Source: a virus (taxonomy: Duplodnaviria; Caudoviricetes). From it: a stretch of DNA of 25,403 nt. This document shows positions 15,917-24,044 of this stretch, piece after piece (position 1 is the first letter of the stretch; each line of letters begins with the position of its first letter). The position numbers were made by a program, and so were the translations under genes. A model generated the notes under the pieces. That model worked only from the letters and a program-made list of their open reading frames with translations, searched no databases and had not been told where the DNA came from. Where the stretch lies: positions 1 through 25,403 of IMG/VR virus record IMGVR_UViG_3300042306_000660, one strand, 5' to 3'.

Positions 15917-17266
15917 ATGAAAAAGTCACTTAGAGAAGAGTTAGAAAGAATACATACTATTACATATGGTAAACAAGTTGTTACTGAAGAAAATATCATA
16001 GATAAGATATTCAAAACCATCGGTATTGACAGAGACAAATTACCAAAAATAGATGAACCTAAAAAGGCAGATTACGCTTCAAGTGATGTTGACGAATTTT
16101 ACGCAACTTTAAACGATATTGATTACCCAATATTTCAACAAAAATATGGGTCAATGACATATCAAAAGGATGTTGAAACCGTTCAAATGGGACTTATCAT
16201 ATTAGGATATGAGTTACCTAAATTTGGTGTTGACGGTAAATTTGGACCTGAAACGGCACGTGCTGTTGTGAAATTCAAATCAGATAATCAAGTAAATGAT
16301 AATGTCGATTCGATTAATGAGGCGTACTTAGAAGCACCAATTCCAATACAGGGATCGTCGTCCAATTTTGGAGAAAAAAGAAGTTATGAAACGCATCCGG
16401 GTGTAGATTTAAAAGCAAGTTCAGGAACACCAATAAAGTCACCCGCTGACGGAACAATATTAGATGCTGAAATAAGAAGTAATCGATGTGGTGGAACAAT
16501 ACAGATACAACATGCTGATGGTTTCGTTAGTAGGTATTGCCATTGTAAAACCATAAATGTTTCAAAGGGACAAAGTGTTAAACAAGGTGAAGTTGTGGGT
16601 TTAACAGGTGGTGCGAAAGGGGATAATGGAAGAGGTAATTCAACAGGGGCACATTTACATTTTGAATTAAAAAAAGATGGTAAATTGGTAAACCCAATGA
16701 ACTTTATAGGTAAAGAAGTTGGTGATTATGATTTTTCTAAATCGAGTGGTGGTGAGAGTGGTGAAGTTATTTCACCTGCAATGGTTAAAGTTTTAATCGA
16801 TAAACTACAAAATAAAGGTGTTACATCTGAAGATTTACAAAAATATGTTGACACAATTAAAGTTGGTAATCTAAATGATAAAAACTTTTATATGAAGTTA
16901 TTAGAAAATTTAGGGGCACCAATCTCAGATGAAAACATGAAATTCTTATACGCTTGGAGACAGGCTGAGGGTAAGGCCGGTAAATTTAATCCATTTAATA
17001 CAACTTGGGATTTACCTAACTCAACAGTTTTTAATAAGGCAGGGGTTAGAAATTACGCCACTTTAGAAGACGGTATGGTTGCCACGGTTAAAACACTTAA
17101 AAATGGTCGTTATGAATGTATTTTAAAAGGATTAAGAGATAATATCGGGGCAGACAATATCTCAAGATGTGAATCCTTAAAAACATGGGGCACCGGTGAT
17201 TTAGTTGCTAAAGTGGTGTCTGGTTATAACTCAGGATCAAATCCAAAAGTATCCAATTTAGCATAA
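15917..17266 (+). CDS. Modular peptidoglycan hydrolase: PG-binding domain + M23 peptidase + possible lysozyme-like C-terminal domain
   Basis: VQ..L..LGY...GVDGKFGPET..AV..F (PG-binding); HPGVD, YCH, STGAHLHFE (M23); AWRQAEG...NPFNTT. Confidence 0.88.
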   Translation: MKKSLREELERIHTITYGKQVVTEENIIDKIFKTIGIDRDKLPKIDEPKKADYASSDVDEFYATLNDIDYPIFQQKYGSMTYQKDVETVQMGLIILGYELPKFGVDGKFGPETARAVVKFKSDNQVNDNVDSINEAYLEAPIPIQGSSSNFGEKRSYETHPGVDLKASSGTPIKSPADGTILDAEIRSNRCGGTIQIQHADGFVSRYCHCKTINVSKGQSVKQGEVVGLTGGAKGDNGRGNSTGAHLHFELKKDGKLVNPMNFIGKEVGDYDFSKSSGGESGEVISPAMVKVLIDKLQNKGVTSEDLQKYVDTIKVGNLNDKNFYMKLLENLGAPISDENMKFLYAWRQAEGKAGKFNPFNTTWDLPNSTVFNKAGVRNYATLEDGMVATVKTLKNGRYECILKGLRDNIGADNISRCESLKTWGTGDLVAKVVSGYNSGSNPKVSNLA

Positions 17267-17284
17267 TCATAAGATAAAATAGAG

Positions 17285-17291
17285 TATTTAT
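17285..17291 (+). promoter_or_regulatory. TATTTAT putative phage (late-type) promoter motif
   Basis: 4 nt before ATG 17296. Confidence 0.55.
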
Positions 17292-17295
17292 AAAA

Positions 17296-18432
17296 ATGAA
17301 ACAAATATTAAAGAAAGACTTACTTAATCTAATCACCGAATCCAATATGGAGATGGATGAATTAGCATATAAAGCTAAAGGAACCCAAGACAGTGGTGGT
17401 AGAATACGTAAATTCGTTCCCATTTTCAAAGACGATAATGATACAGATATTCCTGACGGATGGTATGTGAATCCTAATCAAGTTGAGGGGGAAGAAAAGG
17501 CTTATTTCTTTTTAGAAGGACAAGAACTTGATGTTTTTACAGAAGCCAATAGAGAATTTTTAGACAGTATTGCAAACAAAATAGGACAAGATAGGGTTTG
17601 TCTTCAAGATGGAAACAGAACCAAATGTCAACCAAGAAGTATAAAGACAGGTGCACAATATGTACCGACAGGTAATAAAATGCCGTCAGAAACTAAAATC
17701 AAAAGAGAGTTAAATTCATTGGTTGAAGAGTATATGGCGTCTCCTGAGATGTCAGAAAAACTATCTAAATTAAGTATTCCTGAAGTTAGAGCAAGAGATA
17801 GAAAACATTTAGATAGATACGGTAAAGTAAATAATAATAGAATTGAATACGCAACGCACACATTCAATTCATATGAATCATCACAACAATTTTTAAAATT
17901 CGTTACCTCAAGAATCACAGGTAAGGAAACACCCGAAGAATTTAAGTCATATCACTTAGCTCGTCAATTTAATAAAAACTACCAACGTTGGGAAGAAACA
18001 AGAAAAAATTCAAAACAGTACGCTGGTAAAACGCCGGCATATATGTTGGATGCGTATGGTTTTGATGAGGCAAATTTAGATGTTACGGTTAGAACTGACT
18101 TTAAAATAAATGGGGTTCTAACTAATGAAGAATATGTGTGGACAGTTAAGTTTACCACTAAATTTGGTAGAAAATTAAAAGAAGATAGATACCTTCCGGG
18201 TGGTTTAGATTTAGACAAAGAATTCACAATCACAAAAAGAGTACCGTTAGAGGGAGGCGAAGAATTTAATGAAGAACGTACAGTAATGGATAGTTTCCCA
18301 ATTAAATCTGGATTAATCGAAGCGTTAGACGAATTGAAAGGTAAGATTATGGAATTGAAACCAATCGAAACATTAAAACTAGCAAACGTTAAAAAATACG
18401 ATATCACTAAGAAAGTAGGTACTCAAAATTAA
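17296..18432 (+). CDS. Hypothetical protein, possibly virion-associated
   Basis: 378-aa ORF; N-terminal MKQILKKDLLNLITES leader; TATTTAT upstream and terminator downstream. Confidence 0.75.
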   Translation: MKQILKKDLLNLITESNMEMDELAYKAKGTQDSGGRIRKFVPIFKDDNDTDIPDGWYVNPNQVEGEEKAYFFLEGQELDVFTEANREFLDSIANKIGQDRVCLQDGNRTKCQPRSIKTGAQYVPTGNKMPSETKIKRELNSLVEEYMASPEMSEKLSKLSIPEVRARDRKHLDRYGKVNNNRIEYATHTFNSYESSQQFLKFVTSRITGKETPEEFKSYHLARQFNKNYQRWEETRKNSKQYAGKTPAYMLDAYGFDEANLDVTVRTDFKINGVLTNEEYVWTVKFTTKFGRKLKEDRYLPGGLDLDKEFTITKRVPLEGGEEFNEERTVMDSFPIKSGLIEALDELKGKIMELKPIETLKLANVKKYDITKKVGTQN

Positions 18433-18457
18433 TATTAACACACGTACGTGTTTTGAT

Positions 18458-18486
18458 AAACCCCTAAAGAAATTTAGGGGTTTTTT
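18458..18486 (+). terminator. Intrinsic terminator
   Basis: AAACCCCTAAA-GAAA-TTTAGGGGTTT perfect hairpin running into a T tract. Confidence 0.9.
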
Positions 18487-18496
18487 GTTGGAATAT

Positions 18497-18527
18497 TTTG
18501 TGATATCAAAAATAATATCTATCTTTG
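18497..18527 (+). promoter_or_regulatory. Bacteroidota sigma70-like promoter
   Basis: TTTG (18497-18500), 19-nt spacer, TATCTTTG (18520-18527), immediately after a terminator. Confidence 0.75.
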
Positions 18528-18546
18528 ATGTGTAACTAACTAAACT

Positions 18547-19047
18547 ATGAGCACTAACTACTACAGAGTACCAACACACGAAGAAATGGAGACTCGTAAA
18601 CGAACCTTAATTGAGTTTGTAAATAACCTTGAACTCACACCGGCAAATATTGAGGGTGGGTTTAGATTCATTAGTCCAAGAAAAGATTGGGAATGGTTCT
18701 CACCTTGGGAAATGTTTTTGGAAGATACTAGCATACATTTAGGTAAAAGAAGTTCAGGTTGGAAATTCTGTTGGAATTTTCATAAGGACAAGTACTATCA
18801 CGATAAAGAAAGTCTATTAGATTTTATTCGTTCAGGTAGAGTTGTTGACGAATATGGTGAGGAACAGGATGTTAACGAATTTATAGTCATGGCACTTAAT
18901 TGGGGAGAACCTAATGGATTAGTTGTCAATGAAATATATCGAATTCAACAACGTCAAAAAGGTGCAGGTTCATTCTTCGATAAACCAGAATATGATGATA
19001 GAATTGTAGATGGACTAAGAGTTTCATCATCAGACGATTTTTGCTAA
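18547..19047 (+). CDS. Phage-type hypothetical protein
   Basis: MSTNYY...IHLGKRSSGWKF...VVDEYGE pattern; first gene after a promoter. Confidence 0.75.
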   Translation: MSTNYYRVPTHEEMETRKRTLIEFVNNLELTPANIEGGFRFISPRKDWEWFSPWEMFLEDTSIHLGKRSSGWKFCWNFHKDKYYHDKESLLDFIRSGRVVDEYGEEQDVNEFIVMALNWGEPNGLVVNEIYRIQQRQKGAGSFFDKPEYDDRIVDGLRVSSSDDFC

Positions 19048-19048
19048 T

Positions 19049-19702
19049 ATGTTAAAGATATCAAACGATAGAAAAGTATGGGTGACTTCGGACACACATT
19101 ACAACCACACCAACATATGTAGAGGTGTAACTAATTGGAGATTACCTAATGGTGATATACCTGAGAAACAAACACGACCGTTTGAAACATTAGATAAGAT
19201 GAACGCATCAATTGTAAACAACATCAATGAGGTTGTTGGTCAAGATGATGTGTTGATACACTTCGGTGACTGGTCATTCGGTGGATTTGAAAGTATTGAG
19301 GAATTACGTAATAGAATTTGGTGTAAAGAAATCCATTTAATATATGGTAATCACGACCATCATATTGTTAATAACAGAGAGAATGTACAAAGACTATTCA
19401 CATCGACACAGTGGTTCCTACAATTGAACTATATGGGTGAAACAATGGAATGTATGCACTTTCCAATACTATCGTGGAATGGTCTCGCAAAGGGTCGTAT
19501 ACATCTTCATGGACATTCACACTTACCTAATGAAAGAAAGATTTCATATAGAAGAATGGATGTTGGTATGGACGGACATCCTGAATTCAGACCTTATGAT
19601 TTACATAGGGAAATAATGAACCCAATGAAGAAACAACCAATCGGTTCTGAACTCGGACAAGATGATCATCATGTTGATGGAATGAAAAATGTTGTAGGAT
19701 AA
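19049..19702 (+). CDS. Calcineurin-like metallophosphoesterase
   Basis: SDTH, GD, GNHD, HFP, HGHSH metal-binding motifs. Confidence 0.92.
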   Translation: MLKISNDRKVWVTSDTHYNHTNICRGVTNWRLPNGDIPEKQTRPFETLDKMNASIVNNINEVVGQDDVLIHFGDWSFGGFESIEELRNRIWCKEIHLIYGNHDHHIVNNRENVQRLFTSTQWFLQLNYMGETMECMHFPILSWNGLAKGRIHLHGHSHLPNERKISYRRMDVGMDGHPEFRPYDLHREIMNPMKKQPIGSELGQDDHHVDGMKNVVG

Positions 19703-19737
19703 TTTTTTAATTCTATTTTTTTTTCTTATATTTTATT

Positions 19738-19980
19738 ATGACATTATTAGAGATACTTGAGGTTTATCAAGATGAAGAATTACTGATGGTCGATGGGTTC
19801 GATGAGGCGGTAATAGGTGTGGAGGCACTTAAAATGAGATTGGTCTATGACATTAATAAAATGAGAACAATTTTAGTTGAAAGAGATAAGATGACATTTG
19901 AAGAGGCTATGGATTTTTTGGACCATAATGTTTTAGGGACTTATGTTGGGGAACAAACACCAATTTACGTGGAAATTTAA
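19738..19980 (+). CDS. Phage-type acidic hypothetical protein
   Basis: DGFDEAVIG...EEAMDF...YVGEQTP pattern. Confidence 0.75.
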   Translation: MTLLEILEVYQDEELLMVDGFDEAVIGVEALKMRLVYDINKMRTILVERDKMTFEEAMDFLDHNVLGTYVGEQTPIYVEI

Positions 19981-19990
19981 AATTAAACAT

Positions 19991-20350
19991 ATGAAAGAAA
20001 CATTAAAAAAAGTATTTCACAAGAGTGTCTTGGCAGTTGTGGGAGTATTATTTGGAATCGGAATCGTTTTCGAATATATTGTATTTCCAGGACTAACCAC
20101 GGCAGACTCGTACACTAATATTTTGGCAGCATTGATTGGTATATTCTCAGTATTATTTGTTTATCATTTTATACAATGGGAAGATTTATTTAAATTTATA
20201 TTAGATAAAAATGAACCAATTCCACCGGGAGAAACAGAATACGATTATACCCCAAAAGATAAAATTGTTAAGAAGAAAAGAAATCCAAAACAATTTGACG
20301 GTGTTAAAAGTGAAGAACCATTTGTAAAAACAAGAAAGAAAACAAAATAA
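19991..20350 (+). CDS. Two-TM membrane protein
   Basis: Two hydrophobic helices and a basic tail; ATG 19991; stop 1 nt before the SPFH gene. Confidence 0.7.
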   Translation: MKETLKKVFHKSVLAVVGVLFGIGIVFEYIVFPGLTTADSYTNILAALIGIFSVLFVYHFIQWEDLFKFILDKNEPIPPGETEYDYTPKDKIVKKKRNPKQFDGVKSEEPFVKTRKKTK

Positions 20351-20351
20351 T

Positions 20352-21266
20352 ATGGCATTCGAATCGTTTGAAGAAAGGTATGCTCGCCAAATGAAAGAGC
20401 GTGATGAAGAACAATTAAAAGCAAAATTAAAACTAAAAAAAATTATGAGAAACATTTTAATCGGAGTTGGATTATTTTTTACATTAACATTTTTATTCTT
20501 CTCGTGTGAGAGAATTGATGCGGGACATGTTGGGATCAAAGTAAATCAGTATGGTGACAATAAAGGTGTTGATGATGTTGTTGCGGTAACCGGTATGGTA
20601 TTCTACAACCCAATTACAACGGCAGTATATGAGTTTCCTACATTCATTCAACACAAAGAATACAAAGGTGAAAATTCGTTTATTGTGAATAGTAAAGATG
20701 GATCGGAGTTCTCCGTTTCACCTATTATGAACTATTCAGTTCAAAGAGATAAAGTACCTGCAATCTTTAGTAAGTATCGTAGACCGTTAGAAGATATTGA
20801 AGAAGGATTTTTAAAGACCGCGGTATATGATGCGTTCCGTTTAGCCACTAACAAATATACTGCCGACGAATTAATTTCAAACAGAGCGGTATTCGAAATT
20901 GAGGTTCGTAGATTATTGGACGGACAATTATTGAAGGAGGGTTTTGTTATCAATCAGTTCACATCTAATTTGATTTATCCTGAGACATTTAAGAAGTCTA
21001 TTGAGGCCAAGAACAATGCGGTTCAAGCGGCATTAAGAGCTGAGAATGAAGTTAAGACTGCAGAGGCTCAGGCTAAAATTAAAGTGGCAACTGCTGAAGG
21101 TAATGCTCAAGCATTGATTACATCTGCTAAAGCGGAAGCTGAAGCGAATAGGATGAAACAACAAACATTAACACCATTACTTATTCAATTGGAATATGTA
21201 CAAAAATGGGACGGTAAGTTACCGGTCTACGGAACTGTACCTCAAATGTTTAAAAACATTCAATAA
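20352..21266 (+). CDS. SPFH/Band 7/prohibitin family membrane protein
   Basis: TM helix, ERIDAGHVGI, Ala/Glu-rich coiled coil (AEAQAK..AEG.A...AEAEAN), KWDGKLP tail. Confidence 0.9.
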   Translation: MAFESFEERYARQMKERDEEQLKAKLKLKKIMRNILIGVGLFFTLTFLFFSCERIDAGHVGIKVNQYGDNKGVDDVVAVTGMVFYNPITTAVYEFPTFIQHKEYKGENSFIVNSKDGSEFSVSPIMNYSVQRDKVPAIFSKYRRPLEDIEEGFLKTAVYDAFRLATNKYTADELISNRAVFEIEVRRLLDGQLLKEGFVINQFTSNLIYPETFKKSIEAKNNAVQAALRAENEVKTAEAQAKIKVATAEGNAQALITSAKAEAEANRMKQQTLTPLLIQLEYVQKWDGKLPVYGTVPQMFKNIQ

Positions 21267-21272
21267 TATTTT

Positions 21273-21306
21273 AACCCCGATATTGTAATCTTTATCGGGG
21301 TTTTTT
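21273..21306 (+). terminator. Intrinsic terminator
   Basis: AACCCCGATA...TATCGGGGTT hairpin running into a T tract. Confidence 0.85.
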
Positions 21307-21319
21307 GTCTTATTTGTTA

Positions 21320-21326
21320 TATTTAT
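21320..21326 (+). promoter_or_regulatory. TATTTAT putative phage (late-type) promoter motif
   Basis: 4 nt before ATG 21331, just after a terminator. Confidence 0.5.
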
Positions 21327-21330
21327 TTAC

Positions 21331-21429
21331 ATGACAAAAAGAGAAAAAAAAAATAAGAATAGAATTAAAATGGCCAAAAAGACCACTAAGATGAACCAAA
21401 AGAAAGGTATTCATAAGAAGAAATCATAA
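21331..21429 (+). CDS. 32-aa Lys-rich micro-protein (not in ORF track)
   Basis: MTKREKKNKNRIKMAKKTTKMNQKKGIHKKKS; preceded by TATTTAT. Confidence 0.55.
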   Translation: MTKREKKNKNRIKMAKKTTKMNQKKGIHKKKS

Positions 21430-21436
21430 TAACAAG

Positions 21437-21443
21437 TATTTAT
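21437..21443 (+). promoter_or_regulatory. TATTTAT putative phage (late-type) promoter motif
   Basis: 13 nt before ATG 21457. Confidence 0.5.
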
Positions 21444-21456
21444 ATATAAAAGGAAC

Positions 21457-21663
21457 ATGTCAAAAATAGTTAAATTAAAACAATCAGATATAGAGAAAAT
21501 CGTTACCAGTATCGTAAACGAACAAATGAATGAAGAACCAATTGAATCTGAGACCACTGAAGGTGTAGGTGAAAATGGTGTTGTTTTGGGTGTAGCTAAG
21601 GGGGAAGATGGTAGATTTTATGTAATGAATGCCAAAACCGGAGAGATTTTAGGTGTAAAATAA
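21457..21663 (+). CDS. Small hypothetical protein with conserved N-terminal leader
   Basis: MSKIVKLKQSDIEKIVTSIVNEQ leader followed by a short acidic/beta-rich tail. Confidence 0.75.
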   Translation: MSKIVKLKQSDIEKIVTSIVNEQMNEEPIESETTEGVGENGVVLGVAKGEDGRFYVMNAKTGEILGVK

Positions 21664-21686
21664 TTAGTTTAAATATATTTTTTAGT

Positions 21687-21711
21687 AAACCCCACTTTGT
21701 GGGGTTTTTTT
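21687..21711 (+). terminator. Intrinsic terminator
   Basis: AAACCCCAC-TTT-GTGGGGTTT hairpin running into a T tract. Confidence 0.9.
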
Positions 21712-21722
21712 ATTGATATATT

Positions 21723-21754
21723 TTTGGATATATCGATTTTTTTGGTTATCTTTG
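21723..21754 (+). promoter_or_regulatory. Bacteroidota sigma70-like promoter
   Basis: TTTG (21723-21726), 20-nt spacer, TATCTTTG (21747-21754); ATG only 4 nt later. Confidence 0.75.
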
Positions 21755-21758
21755 ATAT

Positions 21759-22073
21759 ATGAGTTATATTATTGGTAGTAAGTGTGTATCGACTTGTGAC
21801 ACCGCGTGTGTTAAAGTATGTCCTGTGGATTGTATTAACGGTCCAATTGTCACAGATGGTATGGGTAGGGAAGTTGATGTGATGAGTAAAGATGAATTAA
21901 TGGGTTTGCAACTCTACATTAATCCCGATATCTGTATTGATTGCGGAGCATGTGTTCCAGAATGTCCTGTAGATGCCATATTCAAAGACGAAGATGAAGC
22001 GATTCATTTTGGTGAACTTGAATCAGTTAAAAAAAATTATGAATTTTACGGATTAACATATAAACAACGATGA
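21759..22073 (+). CDS. Dicluster (7Fe/8Fe-type) ferredoxin
   Basis: CVSTCDTACVKVCPVDCI and CIDCGACVPECPVDAI. Confidence 0.93.
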   Translation: MSYIIGSKCVSTCDTACVKVCPVDCINGPIVTDGMGREVDVMSKDELMGLQLYINPDICIDCGACVPECPVDAIFKDEDEAIHFGELESVKKNYEFYGLTYKQR

Positions 22074-22537
22074 GTGAGTTTAAACTATATTGTGACATGG
22101 ACGGAGTCTTGGTTGATTTCGATAAAGGTTATAAAAAATTAACGGGAGATAGTCTTAATGGTGAACATAGAACCGATGCGGACTTTTGGGACCCAATTAA
22201 TAAAGCGGGATATGATTTTTGGATTAATTTAGAATGGATGGGAGATGGTAAAAGATTGTGGAAATATATTGAGAAATATAATCCTGAACTTTTATCGGCA
22301 CCATCTAGACAAAATGATTCGAGAGTTGCCAAACATGATTGGGTCAATAAAGAATTACCTGGCGTTCATTTGATATTGAGAAGTGCGAAACATAAGAAAG
22401 ATTTCGCCGGACCCAAAAATGTTTTGATTGATGATAGATTGGATAACATTCAAGGGTGGAGAGATGCTGGTGGCATTGGTATTCATCATGTTAATGCAAA
22501 ACATACCATCGACCAATTAAAAGTTTTAGGATTATAA
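22070..22537 (+). CDS. 5'(3')-deoxyribonucleotidase-like HAD phosphatase
   Basis: YCDMDGVLVDF, LSAP, K..W, LIDD...NI..W..AGG.GI motifs. Confidence 0.85.
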   Translation: MSEFKLYCDMDGVLVDFDKGYKKLTGDSLNGEHRTDADFWDPINKAGYDFWINLEWMGDGKRLWKYIEKYNPELLSAPSRQNDSRVAKHDWVNKELPGVHLILRSAKHKKDFAGPKNVLIDDRLDNIQGWRDAGGIGIHHVNAKHTIDQLKVLGL

Positions 22538-22547
22538 AATATAATTT

Positions 22548-22790
22548 ATGTTATTCAAATATACTATTAGTTTGGAAGTTGAGGTTGAATTTGAGGCACC
22601 GTTGTTAGGTGCTGACAACACCAAACACAAAAGAAAGTATGTTGGGTCAATTGCGAAGAAGACACTTCAAGAAATGATAAGTCTTAATAGTACTTCATTG
22701 ATTGTCGACAGAAATATTGAAGAGGACAACTTTAACGGAACAATCAAAGGTCGAGCACATTTAGGTAAATCAGATAAAAACAAATACTAA
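22548..22790 (+). CDS. Hypothetical protein
   Basis: 80-aa ORF tiling within the operon. Confidence 0.65.
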   Translation: MLFKYTISLEVEVEFEAPLLGADNTKHKRKYVGSIAKKTLQEMISLNSTSLIVDRNIEEDNFNGTIKGRAHLGKSDKNKY

Positions 22791-23080
22791 TGACCCCAAA
22801 CGAATTCAACGAAAAATATAAACAGTACATACCTGAAGGTTGGTATGGATTGGAATTTAATATTGTGGAAGTAACCGATTACTTAGATAAAGTAATGGAA
22901 GAATTAATTTTAATACCGGGGTTTGAACTTCACCAGATTAAGTTGAAATTTAATATGGCAAGATTCTATTTTGAAACCAATTGGAAAGATAAAAGTTTAG
23001 AAGCCGCCTTGATGATTAAAATTGAGAGTAGGATAAACGAATTAGTAAAAGAGCACGACGAAAAAAAGAATTCATTATGA
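22790..23080 (+). CDS. Hypothetical protein
   Basis: 96-aa ORF; GWY...QIKLKF..ARFY pattern; stop/start overlaps on both sides. Confidence 0.7.
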   Translation: MTPNEFNEKYKQYIPEGWYGLEFNIVEVTDYLDKVMEELILIPGFELHQIKLKFNMARFYFETNWKDKSLEAALMIKIESRINELVKEHDEKKNSL

Positions 23081-23748
23081 TTTACGTATCAATAGACATC
23101 GAGACATCTGGTCTTGACCACGAGAAACACAAAGTACTATCCATCGGTGCAATCATCGAAGATACGGAAAAGAAGTTACCATACGAAGAATGTCCTAAGT
23201 TCAACGCGATTGTTCTTCAGAATGAAATCATTGGTTCACCACGAGCACTCACAATGAACAAAGATATCATTTCGATGATGGGAGAATATCTTGAAGGTGA
23301 TGATGAATCAAGACAAAACCTTCAAACACATTCTGATTATGGTTTCTATGAATCGGATGACGTGGTTAAACAGTTTTACTATTGGTTAGAAATAAATGGT
23401 TTGGGTTATGGTTTAATGAATAGTGGACATTACGGTAAAACTCATCAAGATGGTAAATGGTTACCATTAATCAATAGTGCAACCAAACCAATCACATTGA
23501 ATGTTGCGGGTAAAAACTTTGGAACATTTGATAAGTTATTCTTACAAGAATTACCGTGGTGGCAAAAGTTAATCCGTACTCGCCAAAGAGTTTTAGATCC
23601 AGCAATCTTAATGGTTGATTGGACAAATGATAAGTCATTACCAAATTTAACACAGTGTAAAGAACGTGCGGGGGTTAGTGGAATTGTTACACACAACGCA
23701 TTAGAAGATGCGTGGGATGTTATTGAGGTATTGAGAAAATTTTATTAA
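23077..23748 (+). CDS. DEDDh 3'-5' exonuclease (DnaQ-like)
   Basis: ExoI SIDIETSG, ExoII GKN..TFD, ExoIII HNALEDA. Confidence 0.9.
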   Translation: MIYVSIDIETSGLDHEKHKVLSIGAIIEDTEKKLPYEECPKFNAIVLQNEIIGSPRALTMNKDIISMMGEYLEGDDESRQNLQTHSDYGFYESDDVVKQFYYWLEINGLGYGLMNSGHYGKTHQDGKWLPLINSATKPITLNVAGKNFGTFDKLFLQELPWWQKLIRTRQRVLDPAILMVDWTNDKSLPNLTQCKERAGVSGIVTHNALEDAWDVIEVLRKFY

Positions 23749-23749
23749 T

Positions 23750-24034
23750 ATGAAAAAGTTAATTATATTCGTAATGTTATTGGGAGTGGTAACATTATAC
23801 GCAAAACCGAAGTATCGAATTCAATCATGGGTTGTTGGTGGTACTAGAATGTATTTACCGCAACAAAAAGTGTGGTATAGAACAAATTATTTTCCATTAC
23901 CGTTTAAAATTTGGGTGTCAGGAGATTACCCATTTCAAAATAAAGAACAGGCGGAAGAGATAATTAAAAATTGGAATCAATTGGACGTTGATATAAAAAA
24001 ATATAAAAAAACTGAATTTTTTTACATAAATTAA
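23750..24034 (+). CDS. Exported hypothetical protein
   Basis: Signal-peptide-like MKKLIIFVMLLGVVTLYA. Confidence 0.65.
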   Translation: MKKLIIFVMLLGVVTLYAKPKYRIQSWVVGGTRMYLPQQKVWYRTNYFPLPFKIWVSGDYPFQNKEQAEEIIKNWNQLDVDIKKYKKTEFFYIN

Positions 24035-24044
24035 AAACTAAAAC

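Noticed and set aside
18440-18451. Perfect 12-bp palindrome ACACGTACGTGT upstream of a terminator
   Set aside because: Single copy; several palindromes of this length are expected by chance in 25 kb
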